A stretch of DNA of 64,000 bases from the NCBI RefSeq assembly GCF_009914755.1, contig NC_060925.1; one strand, 5' to 3'. Below the pieces are notes generated by a model. That model ran no database searches. It saw nothing but the letters and a program-made list of their open reading frames with translations, and was not told the DNA's origin. Positions 13,945 through 28,702 of this stretch are shown piece after piece (position 1 is the first letter of the stretch; the number at the start of each line of letters is the position of its first letter). The stretch comes from the human T2T-CHM13v2.0 reference genome, Homo sapiens. The position numbers were made by a program, and so were the translations under genes.

Positions 13945-14907
13945 TGTGATATTTATCTATCATTTATCTATCAATCATCTATATATATAATTTTTTTATC
14001 CACCATTCCTGGCTCATAACTCCCATAGATAGTCTTTTGTTATAATGTTGGGGTGCTCTAGGCCTCAGAAGCAGGCCTCAGGAAACAGAATCTCTCTCTC
14101 TTTGATCTTCTTCTGCTCTCCTTTCATCTGCCCAAGGTAAGACTCTAATCTGGTTGTGGGCCACAAGACCCTCATTCCAGAGAGTCCTGCCCCATACCTA
14201 AATGAAGGAATGCTGCACAGAGAGGCCAAGAAAAATCTGAACAGACAGGTCCTGCCAGGTTTTCCCCAGTCAGTCTGTTATTCCCTTTTGTTCCAATCAT
14301 ATTTCTACACAATGTCCATGCTTCAATCATGCCTATCCAACGAAGTCTCCATAAAAGGCCCAAGAGAACAGGGTTCAGGAGCTTCCAGATAGCTGAAGAC
14401 CTGGAGGTTCAGGTGTTCAGCTGAACCTGAACACCTGGTTGGAGAGGGGTGGAGAGGGCATGGAAACTCCACACTCCTTCCTCCATATCTCACCCTACAC
14501 ATCTCTTTATCTGTATCCTTCACAATATAGTTTATAATAAACCAGTGAACGTAAATGTCACCCTGAGTTCTCTAAGCTGCTCCAGCAAATGAATCGAACC
14601 CAAAGGGGGGTTGTGGGAACCCCAACTTAAGCCGGTCAGTCAGAAGTTCCGGATACCCAGACTTGTGACTGCTGTCTGAAGCAAGGAGCAGTTTTGGAGG
14701 CTGAGTACCCAACCTTTGGGATCTGACACTATCTCCAGGTAGGTAGCATGAATTGCATTCGAGCTGGTATCTGCTGCAGAATCAACTGCTTGTTTGTTGG
14801 TGGGGAGAAGACCCCCACATTTGATCACAGAAGCCTTCTGTCTGCCTTGATTGTTGTTGAGTGAGAAAATAAGGAAAAGAACTTTGAGTGTTTTTCCCAC
14901 ACTTACA
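13945..14907 (+). mobile_element. Solo ERVL-class LTR (MER21-like)
   Basis: TG...CA ends with exact 5-bp TSD ATGCC (13940-13944, 14908-14912); MER21-like ctgtgggatctgacactatctccaggtag-type segment. Confidence 0.8.
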
Positions 14908-17900
14908 ATGCCAGAGAAAAGACTGAATTGTCTTTCTATGCTCTCTGTAGCAAATAATATGATAACATTGTTGTCATATGAAGAGACAAAGTGTATGCAG
15001 GCAACAATGTAAAGATAAAACTATTGTATTTTAGAGTTGCTTCAAGCAATTAATTCACACAAATCCTGTGTTACTTTTCTAAATCTTATGATGTTTATAG
15101 TATTTGCCAGGTTTTTTTAAATTTGTAATTTGTTGTGAATTTATTATTCAAAACAAATGTTTACTTCTGTAATTAATCTTAATAATTTTTTGTTGTTTTT
15201 CACAAATGGAGCTTTCGAAATTGTATAAGCTTCATACCTCACAAAACCAAGGTCCACCCTGATAAGTAGGGAGGCAACCTTCCCCTTCTCAGCAAAACTT
15301 GGCTCAAAACTGCAGCCATATCTGGTGCTGCTGGGGGTGAGGAGCGGGGGTGTCCTCACTCTCACCTCCCAACCTAGGCCAAGCTCCACTCACTCTTCTC
15401 CTCCCTGTTGTTTTCCAGCTTTTCTTTCCCCCTTTTCTATTTGTGCATCTTTAGAGTCCCTTTCCTTCCCCCAAGCTCTCATTTCACTCTCCTCCTAGTT
15501 CTTGATCCCATTTTCAACCCATTCTCACTGCCCAGCAAGCCAAGGACTGAGAACAAGGGGAAAAGTTTAGAGACTAAAGATGCCTGAGAAAGAGAGTAGG
15601 TCCAGATTCTCTGCCCAACCCTAACCCCACCTCGGGCTCCCTGACCCTTCCTACTCCCAGAGAAGTCTCAGAATAAAGCCTGATTGTCAGCCAGGGGCCA
15701 GGAGCTCAGATCCAAGACAGTAGCTGGGTGCGGAGGAGGCAGGAGCAGAGCCCAGCAATCTTGGGCTGGACTTGGTCCTGGCACCTCTACCTCACAGCCA
15801 CTGGACCTGGGTGCTGGTCACCCCGCTGGCCCCCAGGTTCTCCCTGCACGGCGGAGGTGGGAGGGATAGGAATTTTGACCCTCTGATGAATAAGCATATT
15901 TAAATGAGAGGAGTCTGGGAGACAAGGTCCAGCACAGCCGTATGGTTACAATGAAAAGTCTAGCCTGTTACTTGAGCATGTCTCCTGTCTAAGAACAACG
16001 AGAAAGGAGACTGGTTCCCTGATTCTTGCTCTGTCCTTCCCGTCCCCTTCCCTCCCTCCCGTCCCCTGCCTTCCCCTCCTCTCTTCCCTGTCCCCTTTCT
16101 CTGAACCGCATTTAGGAAACTGCACCTCCCAGTGCAGGGATCAGAGATGCTGAGGCTGGATGTGAAAGAAGAAGGCAAAGAAACTGGGATGGGGATAGCA
16201 GGACCATAGAGTTGGAATGAGATATGGGGTTTCCACATTCCTGTGGAAGAGTCTTTGCAAGTGCATATAACTTGTGTTAATGTTGGTCTATTTCTCTCAT
16301 GTTTCCTCTGAACTCCTTTGCTAACTACTGGGAATTCTCCAGGATAGGGGTCCCCCCTTCCTTTGGAACTGTCCGCATTGCCCTATATAGCCTCTGCTCC
16401 CATATTAGGGGTGCCCACCCCCCCAATAAAGGAATTCTGCAATGCCCATTCAGTCCTCAGTACAGCATCATTTCTTCTAGGCCTGGTTCCTAGTCAATAA
16501 TTCCATCTAGGATATCCTAGAAGAAGTCTCCCTGATTTGTGTTCCCTGGGGGAGCAAAGTGAAGAAGAGAAGTGGTGACTAATTGTGGAGACAGATTAGC
16601 AGGTTTTGAACCCTGGCTCAGCCACTTAGAGCTGAGAGGCCTTGGGTAACTTGCTGAACCACCTGGGCCTTGTTTCTTAATCTGTGAGATAGGGTAATAG
16701 CCCCAAAGAGAGATACCATGAAGATAAGACCAGGCTGGAAAAATCAATTTGCACAGTGTCTGGCTATTTTCTTTGCACTTCTTTCCCCCAGAGCATGGGA
16801 ATATGGTGGGGCAGGGGGGGTGGGGGGTATTTGTTCTTAATGTAATATAAACACCATCAGGAATCAGAACATAAATCCTCCAAGTTGCATAGAGGCCTGA
16901 GAGGCTATTTCACTATTTTCATTATTCTCCTTCCTGGAACACTTGAATTCTCAAAACTGCTTCAAAGTATGGCTTAGAACATAAACAAATACTTAAATGC
17001 ATTAATTATTTTATTCAACTATTTCCTGCCTTCCCTCTTTCTTCAAAACTTTTTCTGTTTTCCATTCTTGAAGACTGTCAGGGCTTCCTGCTACCTTCTG
17101 AGAGACCCGTGCATGCGGCACAGAGAGGGGAGAGAGTCTGAAGAACAGGAAAAAATTTGGAACCAAGGAGAATGAGTAGGGGTGAATAAAGCTGGGGCAG
17201 AGATGTTAGGGTGAGGGTGGTAGTGAGGAGTACTGAGGGGTGCTTGCGGCTAGAGGCCCTAAGTCTAGAGAGCAGAGGGAGGAAGGAGGAGAAAAGGGGA
17301 CACAGGCCAGGCCACAGTATTATTGGTGCCCCTACTCCCAGGGAGGGGGAATTAGGCCATGAATGAGGAGTTGAAATGCCAGAGTAATGACAGACAGAGC
17401 CCCAGGCTCTGACCAACCCCCTTCCCCACATTCCCATAGTGCGATATCTCCTAGACCAAAGAGAAAGACATTAACAAATCTGCAGCCTCCCTGCCTTCTT
17501 GAAAACCACATCTCCACCATCTTGCCCGCCCCAGGTCCTTGGGCCAGCCTTGCCCTGGTATCCTAGACACGCCTCTGCACGCCTGGCACCAGCTTCCCCT
17601 CCTACGTGACCAGCACAGGCCCTGGACTGGGTGGCGGATGCTGAGATAAGGCCAAGGAGGGGGAAACCACCAAAGCCAGGAAGTTACACAGCCTGGTTCC
17701 CCTGGCAACCTAGCCACAGTCACCAAACAGTGCAGGGTAGGGGGTAGGGCCAACTCTTGTTCAAGGCCTCAAGGCCAGGGCCTCTCAGACCTCAATTTTC
17801 TTGCTGGCTGGAGAGACTTCTCCCCCGAATATCCTAGGTCACTGCTGCCTAAGGATTATGGGGGAAGTCTGTTTAAATGCAAATTCAAGATACCACCTCC

Positions 17901-19084
17901 ACTACCTCTGCCACAGATTCTCAGTCCATAGGTCTCATAGGTCTAACTGGAATCTGCATTTCTTTTTTTTTTTTTCTTTTTCCATTCATTTAACACATTT
18001 ATTTGTGGAAAGCCTACTCTACCAGGCAGCATGGGGAGGCCCAGCAGGGTATTAAGATAGTCACAGTCTTGCCCATGCAGAGAGCACATCCCTCAGTGAC
18101 CACTGGGCCTTGTGTCTCTATGACAAGACCACATCATGGAATCTGCATTTCTAACCAGCAAGCCAGGAGAGTCCAATGCTGTCAGTCTGAGGACGTCACT
18201 CAGAGAACAGAACAAGTTTTAAGAAGTTGAGATTCCTTGTAGCAGGGTTAGGAGAAAACATACGATAGGAGCTGGGGTATCCCACCACCCTGTGTCCACT
18301 GTAGTCTACAGCCAAACTCATCTCTAGGGGTACACTTGACTTTGGGTATTTTCAACATCAAGTGAGTGACCAGGAGTCCAGAGACCCAGAATCTAGTGCA
18401 TACAGAACCAATTCAATACAATGAACTTGGACTGAGCTCCTTCTGGGCCTGACACTGTCTGTTCTGAGACTTGTGAGCCACACAAAGATACATAAGGCAT
18501 GCTTTCTACTCCCAAGAACACTGGGACCCTGGGCAAATCACTTACAGTCTCTAGGCTTAGCTCTTCTCTTCTCTCTAAAGGGTATAAAACTACTAAAGCC
18601 CTACCAAGAGGCGACAAGCCTCTCTGGAATTAACAGATATGCTAATGCCTTGAAAATGCAACTCTCGGGTATCGTCCTGAGAGTTGTGATAGCTTTTATT
18701 GCTGGAGATAAATGTTGGCTGTCTGAGGAGGGTCCAGAGAGATCAGGGAGACTTGGGGATGGAAACCTCAAGTTGTAGGATCCAGGGGCTGGATCTCAGG
18801 TACTCTCCATTAGTTCCCATCTAAAGCTGCCAGATCCTCGCTTGCCTCAGAGGAGTGGCACCTGCAGAACTGAACTTCCTGCACCTCTTCCCAAACCTGA
18901 CCTCTTCCTTCCTCCACTGTGGCCCTGGGCCTCCACTCACAGAGAAACCGTAGCTCAAGTCCGTTGCAGGCTGAACCCTTCCCCAGGGTCAGCCACCTCA
19001 CAGGGGAGCCCCATGACAGGGTGAGCAATAGCTTGGGCTTCAGTGGTAAGAAGTTTAAATCTGTTTTTCCACTAGCTGGGTTCA

Positions 19085-19443
<359 letters not shown>

Positions 19444-19761
19444 TCAGGTCCTGCCAGCAATGATGTGAAACAGCTGACAGTCCCAGTGTCTGAGGAAGTG
19501 TTTATATAACCCCTTCAGACCTACCCCCAGCTCCATTGATGTTGATCTGTCCTTACCTGATCCCTGGTTCTCACCCTGACTCAGGCCTTTTTGCCCTTCC
19601 CCACCCCAGGCAGGAAAGAAATAGCCCCTCGCTCCACACTGAAACTTGACTTCTGACCACAAAGCCAGGGACTGCTCCTTTTTCCAGAGCAGTCCCCCCA
19701 GCTGGCTCTCCTACTCCCCTGGGCTGATCAGGGGAGATGATCCCTGAGGTACGCGGCCTCA

Positions 19762-20235
<474 letters not shown>

Positions 20236-21866
20236 CTATGCACTCTTTGAGCAAAGAGATCATGTATTAATAATCCACATCCTCCATAAACCCTGACATA
20301 AAGTAGGATCTCAATAATTGTTAAATGAATGAATATATGAATGAAAAAAATGAGTGTGTATATGACGATTCCCAGGCAGAACTGCCCATTTTCCTCTGCA
20401 AGAAGATGCATTTTGTCCTATTATTGAAGACATTCCTCCTGACCCTTAAGAGATTCCAAAGGCTAATAACCTTCAGAGTCAAGAGGATCATTTTTCCTTG
20501 TCTAATCTAAATTTCTCTAGATGCAACTTTGGTGCATTTTCTTCTAATCTACCTCCCTGGCCACAGGGACTAAAATCCATTTCTTTGCAAGAAGACAGTT
20601 ATTAATTCACCCTTTTAGCCTTTTCTTCAACAAATTTAATCCCAGGCCCTTTATTGTTCCCTCCCTGGGGTCCTATCATCCAGCACTTTCCCCATTCCAC
20701 TGCTCCTTGGGCCTTCTGCCAAGCTCTCAAAGGCCTCCTTCAGCTGTGGAGGCAGGAATGGGACATATTATTCTCCACGGAACCATGTACAAACACACAG
20801 ATGCCTACACACGCAGGACAAACACCTCTCTGCACCCATTATCCCCAATCCTTGGTAAACACATACTCATAGGCAGCCTCCACACACAGTCACAGATTAT
20901 CTCCTCCCACCTGCACCGCACCCCACCCCCTGGCCCCCAGCCCTAGCCCTGAGAATTCTCACACACCTGGATGCACACTCACACGCATATGAATAGGCTG
21001 CAGAGAGCTACGCTTGTTACCCACAGGTGAGCCAAACTGGGTGGAGCATCTGAAACCTTCTTCCTTCTCCCCCTCTTCCTCCTCCTCTCTGCCTCCCTTC
21101 CCCAACTCTCCTTTCCATTGGCCATCATGGGCCAAGCCTACTTTCCCTCCACCTCCACAGTGATTTTCCACTTCCAGGCTGAAGGCAAGGAGCAAATGAA
21201 CCCAAGCTGGCTCCTACCTCTTCCTCCTGCCCTCCTCCCATTTTTTTTCCCCCAAATCCTCAAATCACCTTCCATGTGTCCAGAGCATGCAATCCACCCT
21301 CCAACCTCCTCTCCTCTATCTGTAGGAAATGCAGCTTCTTGGGTTTTTATTTTTTGGAAATGAATAATCTGGAAGCATTGGAAGCGGAGACATGAGCTGG
21401 GCTGTATCTCAGATATGATGAAAGGCTGGGTTGCTAGGCCCTTGGGCTGGCTGGGCACTGTGTTGCCAAGCCAGGGGGCTGAGGAGCATGAGGGTGGTGT
21501 CATGCTCACTCATTCATTCAACAAATATTTATCCAGCACCTACAACATGCCAACCACTACTCTACATGAGCAAAACCAACAAAAGCCTGCCTTTGTGTAG
21601 TTTACATTCTATGGGTGGGGACAGAAAATAAATAAGTAAAATATATTGGGTGTCAGGTGGTGATAAAAGAAAGCAGGAATGGAGCACGGGGTCCAGGCTG
21701 AGGGTGAAGTGTGCAGTTTTAAATGAGGTGATCAGGGAAGATGACGTCTAAACAAAAACCTGAAGGAGATAAAGGAGCAAGTGAGGGCAGCACCTGGAAG
21801 GAGATTGTTCCAGGCGGCAGGAGAAGCCCTGCAAGTGCAGAGTGTTAGGAGACACCTCTGTAGCGC

Positions 21867-22380
21867 GTTGAACAATGAGAACACGTAGACAGAGAGGGGA
21901 ACAAGACATACCAGGGTCTGTGGTCGGGGAAGGGGTGTGGCGAGGGGAGGGTGAGCATCAGGACAAACAGTTAATGTATGCGGGGCTTAAAACCTAGGTG
22001 ATGGGTTGATAGGTGGAGCAAACCACCAGGGCACACGTATACCTATGCAACAAACCTGCATGTCCAGCACCTGTATCCCAGAGCTTAAAGTTAAAAAAAA
22101 AAAAAAAGAAAGAAAGAAAGAAAGAGTTGAACAATGAGAACACATGGACACAGGGAGGGAAACATCACATACCGGGGCCTGTTGTGGAGGTGGGAGGCTG
22201 GGGGAGAGATAGCGTTAGGAGAAATGCCTAATGTAAATGACGAGCTGATAGGTGCAGCAAACTAACATGGCCCATGTATACCTATGTAACAAACCTGCAC
22301 GTTATGCACATGTACCCTAGAACTTAAAGTATAATAATTAATAATAATAATAATAAAGAAAAATGTAAGAAAAAAAGAGA
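21867..22380 (+). mobile_element. Two tandem L1PA 3' end fragments
   Basis: Each reads gttgaacaatgagaacac ... aacaaacctgca ... ttaaagt + A tail. Confidence 0.9.
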
Positions 22381-23987
22381 GAGAGACACCACTGTAGACA
22401 GCCACACAGAATAAGGTGTTGGGAGATGGCAAGAAAAGGCAGAACCATACACAGGCTGGTGCCTAGTCTGGGCCCCAGGGCCTGAAGTGGGGTCAGAGAT
22501 GAGAGAAGCCAAGTTAAGGATGAAATTGTAACCTCAGGTGAGACAAAATGCTAGAAAGCAGACAAACAGAAAGCTGGAAAATGTTGAGATGCCACTGGAG
22601 GCCGGCTCCAGAAGGAAGCAGCTGAGTCTGCAGTTAGATGAATTAAGGGAACATTGAGATTCCTCACAAGGCTTGGGTGGTGGTGGGTGCAGCCAGAAGA
22701 AGGTGAGCCCAATGGCTGAGCCCCTCTCAAATACAGCTGGTGTCTCCCTTGAAAATAAGCTGTTCCAGGTAAAGGGGATAAGGCCACTGAAAGCATCTTG
22801 GCCCGTGTTCAACAGGACAGTGGTGAAGGGCATGAAACTGCTGGGCATCAGCTCCCTCTCAGCCCAGGGTCCATACACAAATGTTCCACCTTTTATTCCC
22901 CACACTTCCATTTCCTGAGCACTATGTGCTAGCATTCCCCATGCAAAGTGCTTTCCAGGGTTCATCTAATCCTCACGGCAACTTCACGAGGAAGGAATTA
23001 TCATCTTCAGCTTACAGATGAGGAGCATTGCCCTGCCACCCACCACCACCTCTGTCCCCTAGTCCCTTGACAGCTTCACTTCTTGCTGAGCCTAGAGCTG
23101 CACAGGCTCAGCCAGGTTCAGAGCCAGCTTGATTGGATGCAAATCCCTGCTTCTCCCTTAATTGCTTTGTGGCCCTGGGCACATTCCTTGGCCCTTCTGA
23201 GACCAGTATCCTCATCTAAAGACAAAATGGGGAACACATTACAGTAATATCCACCTCCTGGGCGTTTGTGAGAATCTTCTGGGAGAAGGCAGTGGTTCTC
23301 AGCGCTGGCACTGTAACAAATGGCATTTCTCAGAGTTGTGAGGCGTGTGGCCAATAATTTATAGCTATAAATAGTTAAACCAGGGAAGGTGGCAAACGGC
23401 TTGTTGTTTTAGTATACATAGCGAATTCAATGTTTTCTCTGCAATGACATCACTCTCCCTGACTAGCATTCCACAAAGCCTTCCTGAATGAGAGATAAAG
23501 GATCTAATCCCCTGGGAATTTGCCCATAGGCTGCAGCCTATCTTATCTGTGCCACAGCCTGTGGGAGTGCAGCAAGCAAGCAAATACAGTCTCTCCCGAG
23601 GTGTGGTGTGGCAAGGCTAAGCGTGGTGTGGGGATGAGGCTGACAGCCATGGCTATGAAGAATTGGCATTGGGCCTCGCCCCTAGTGGGTGCTTTTTGGA
23701 AGAGGGAGCCTCAGAGAAGCAGGGGAACAAAAGGGGAGAGAACAAAAGCTCTGGATACAAACCTGTTTCCCTCAGGCACAGTGTTGTGGCTTTCTCCTCC
23801 TAGGAGACAGAGATACCCTCAGGTAGAAAAGGGGAAAGGGGCAAGGAAGGCCAGGCCTCTGGGTGAGGCTGATGGGGCTGGAACTTAATGTCAGACTGGC
23901 CCAGCGTCCCTCAAATTCCCCCTGGGGAGACACAGAGTCTGACTGGGAAGCCTTGGGGTAAAGGTAACACCTAGTGGTTAGAAACTA

Positions 23988-24493
<506 letters not shown>

Positions 24494-25198
24494 GAAACTG
24501 TGGGTGGAACACTCATGCCTCGGTCAAGGATAGGTGCTAGAGACAACCTGACCCAAAATTGATGATCATGGCCCAAGGCCACACCCTAGAAAGGAAGTTT
24601 TAGTCTCTCCCAGGCACTTAGTTCACAGGTGCTTAGGATCAATCAACACGGCTTCTTCCCTCCAGCGACCACCACCAACTCACTCCTGCTCATTCCCCAG
24701 CTCTCCACGTTTCCTCACCACTGCAACCCCCACCCTCACCACTCCAACACAGACCACCTCACCCCAAGCCCGCCTGAGGGACCTCTCACCTGGAGACAGC
24801 TTCACTTGCCAGGACTGATGGCTGTGCCAGCAGCCAGCCCCACCCTCTCAGTGACTGAGAAGCTGTTCCAACTGTAGAGGCAGACCCAGCCAAAGGCAGC
24901 AGGCAGGATTAGCCAATTCCATTGACTAGAAAGGGCCTTACTTCCCTGTGGACACTGCCTACATAGTCTGCATTCAGCTGTGAGGTCCTGTCCCCTCTCA
25001 ATTCCAACCTACACCACCCCCCAAAGCAAGTGAGAATGAGGATGGGGAGGAAACTCAAGACAGGGGTTAGCACTGCAACCTCTCATCTCTGCCCTCCTTC
25101 CTGTATCACTCACTGCACTTTGCCCAGTATTCCTCCCTTCCCCACAGTGGCACAGTGGCCCCAGACACAGCCAGAGTCCATTCAAAAATGACAAATTC

Positions 25199-25204
25199 TT
25201 TATT
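25199..25204 (-). terminator. TAGLN2 poly(A) signal AATAAA
   Basis: tttatt on + strand ~670 nt downstream of the stop codon. Confidence 0.85.
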
Positions 25205-25869
25205 TAAATCAACAAACTCATCTTCCTCAAGCCCCAGACCATGGTAGGCAGCCCTCCCTCTCCATCCCCTCACCCCACCCCTTAGCCACAGTGAAGGGAA
25301 TGGAAAATGAGAAGCCACGAGGGCCCCTGCCAGGGAAGGCTGCCCCAGATGTGTGGTGAGCACAGTCAGTGCAGCTGTGGCTGGGGCAGCAGCTGCCACA
25401 GGCTCCTCCCTATAAATTAAGTTCCTGCAGCCACAGCTGTGGGAGAAGCATACTTGTAGAAGCAAGGCCAGTCCAGCATCAGAAGGCAGAGGCAGCATCA
25501 GTGACTCCCAGCCATGGAATGAACGGAGGACACAGAGCTCAGAGACAGAACAGGCCAGGGGGAAGAAGGAGAGACAGAATAGGCCAGGGCATGGCGGTGA
25601 GGGACTGAGGCCCCTAAATTTTGGTCCCAGGGGAAAGGAAGAGGCCAGTTGGTCCAGTTTTGATGGCTATGGGGAAGGGAATGTATTAGTAAGCATGGGG
25701 GAGAGGATGCCAGCAGGCACCTCAGAGGTGACAGGACAGGCTGAACCCCCCACCCTGACAGAAAGGAGCTTGAGAGCTCTGGGGCTCTCTGGGAATGTCA
25801 CTGCTAAAATATATATCTACATATATATTAACCATTCGTGGGAGGGCAGGGGCAAGGCCTGGGGTGGGA

Positions 25870-26043
<174 letters not shown>

Positions 26044-26342
26044 TCACAGGCTGCCCTAGTAAATCCCTTCCTTGGACAGAGCACAGGCTTTGCTGTTGGC
26101 TCAAGGGCTGGTGCCAGCTCTGCCCTCGAGAGCCATAAGCTCTCTGAAGCCACCTCCTCATCTGTCCAAAGGGACAGTCATTTGCCATCCCAGAGGGTGT
26201 TGTGAGGATTAAGTGAGATGAGGAATTTTCTGAAAGTGCTTTGTAAAGGGCCAGCTGCTACTGAGATAAGTTATTTCCTAGGGACAGGATTGGGCAGAAA
26301 CAATGCACCTGCTGGACCCTGCGGCTGTCCCAGCAATACTTA

Positions 26343-26486
<144 letters not shown>

Positions 26487-26548
26487 CTAGATACCAGGGT
26501 TCCGCCTCTATCGCTAAGTCAGCAGGCCTGGCTTCCTAATTATTTCTA

Positions 26549-26944
<396 letters not shown>

Positions 26945-27177
26945 CTACCTATCGCAGCTCAGCGTACACCACCCTCAGAACCAGAGACAATGAACCAGAG
27001 AGGCTCCTGTCTTGCCTGAAGACAGCTTGGACTCTTTCACTAGAGTAAGCCTCACAGTCCTTCTTGCCAGCCTCCTTCCTCCGAGCCCAGAGTGAAAAGC
27101 CAGTGTTTAGTCTTTCCTTGCTAATATACCCTCCCACAGTTCTTTCCTTAGAGACATTCTTCCTCAGTGTCACCTCA

Positions 27178-27636
<459 letters not shown>

Positions 27637-28222
27637 TCAACACCTTGCAGCCTGGGGAGTGGGGAATTCAGGAATTCTGCCTGCAGGGATATACACCATT
27701 TCCCCCACGGTGAGCCCCAAGGATGAGGACCAGAACTGTTACCAAATGCAACCCTGCTCTTTATAGCCCTGGGAAAGAGAATGATTTGGGGAGAGGAGGA
27801 GGAATGTGGAACAGCTTAGGAAACTGGTTGGATCTACCCTCCCTCAACCTCTGGGTTTTCTTTGCTTTTTTTTTAACCATCTAGGTTGGTGCAAACCACT
27901 GGATTTTAATTGAGCACCTACTATCTGTGCTAGGGATTGTGAAAGAGATAGTAGAAGTCCTTGGTCCTCAAGTGCCCACAGTGCCATCAGGGAGACAAAG
28001 TGAGTACATATGAACAGGTAAGGATTGCACACAAAGAATACTAAAGTGCACAGTTCAGATCACATGTTGTAGGAGTTAAAAGAAGCAGACGGGCAGAAGC
28101 AGCCTGGGAAGGCTTTCTGGAAGAGGTAGGCTTGAATAGGTCCTTGAGGGATTTCAGCAAACAAATCGAATTTCCTATGAAAAACCAGGCAATAAAAACA
28201 AATTCTACTTTCCCCTCTAGGA

Positions 28223-28702
28223 GCTATGACAGGCAGAATCATGCCCCCGCAAAAGGTGTCCATGTCCTAATTCCCAGAACCTGTGGATATTGTTATCTTA
28301 TATGACAAAAAGGGACTTCGTAGATGTGATTAAGATCTCGAAATGGGGAGATTATCCTGCATCATCTAAATGAGCCCAGTGTAATCACAAGGGCCTTACT
28401 AACTGAAAGTGGGAGATAGGTGAGTCAGAGTGGGAGAAGTAACAACAACAACAAAATGGAAGTAGAAGTCAGAGTCACACAGGGCCATGAACCAAGCAAT
28501 GCAGGTGGCCTCCAGAAGCCAGAAAAGGGAAGGAAATAGATTCACCCAAAAACCCCCAGAAGGAACACAGCTCTGCCAACACCTGTATTTTAGCCAGTGA
28601 GACCCCTGTTGAGTCTGTAGAACTGTAAGATGCTGTATTTGTGTTGCTTTAAATCACTAAGCTTGTAGCAATTTGTTACAGCAGAAATAGGAAACTAATA
28701 CA
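28223..28702 (+). mobile_element. MaLR LTR (MLT1-like) in TAGLN2 intron 1
   Basis: ggcagaatcatgccccc...gggagattatcctg...aaggaacacagctctgccaacacc...tttgttacagcagaaataggaaactaataca. Confidence 0.82.

Noticed and set aside
16506-16521. Perfect 16-bp palindrome TCTAGGATATCCTAGA
   Set aside because: About one such palindrome is expected by chance in 64 kb, although it lies near the CArG cluster.
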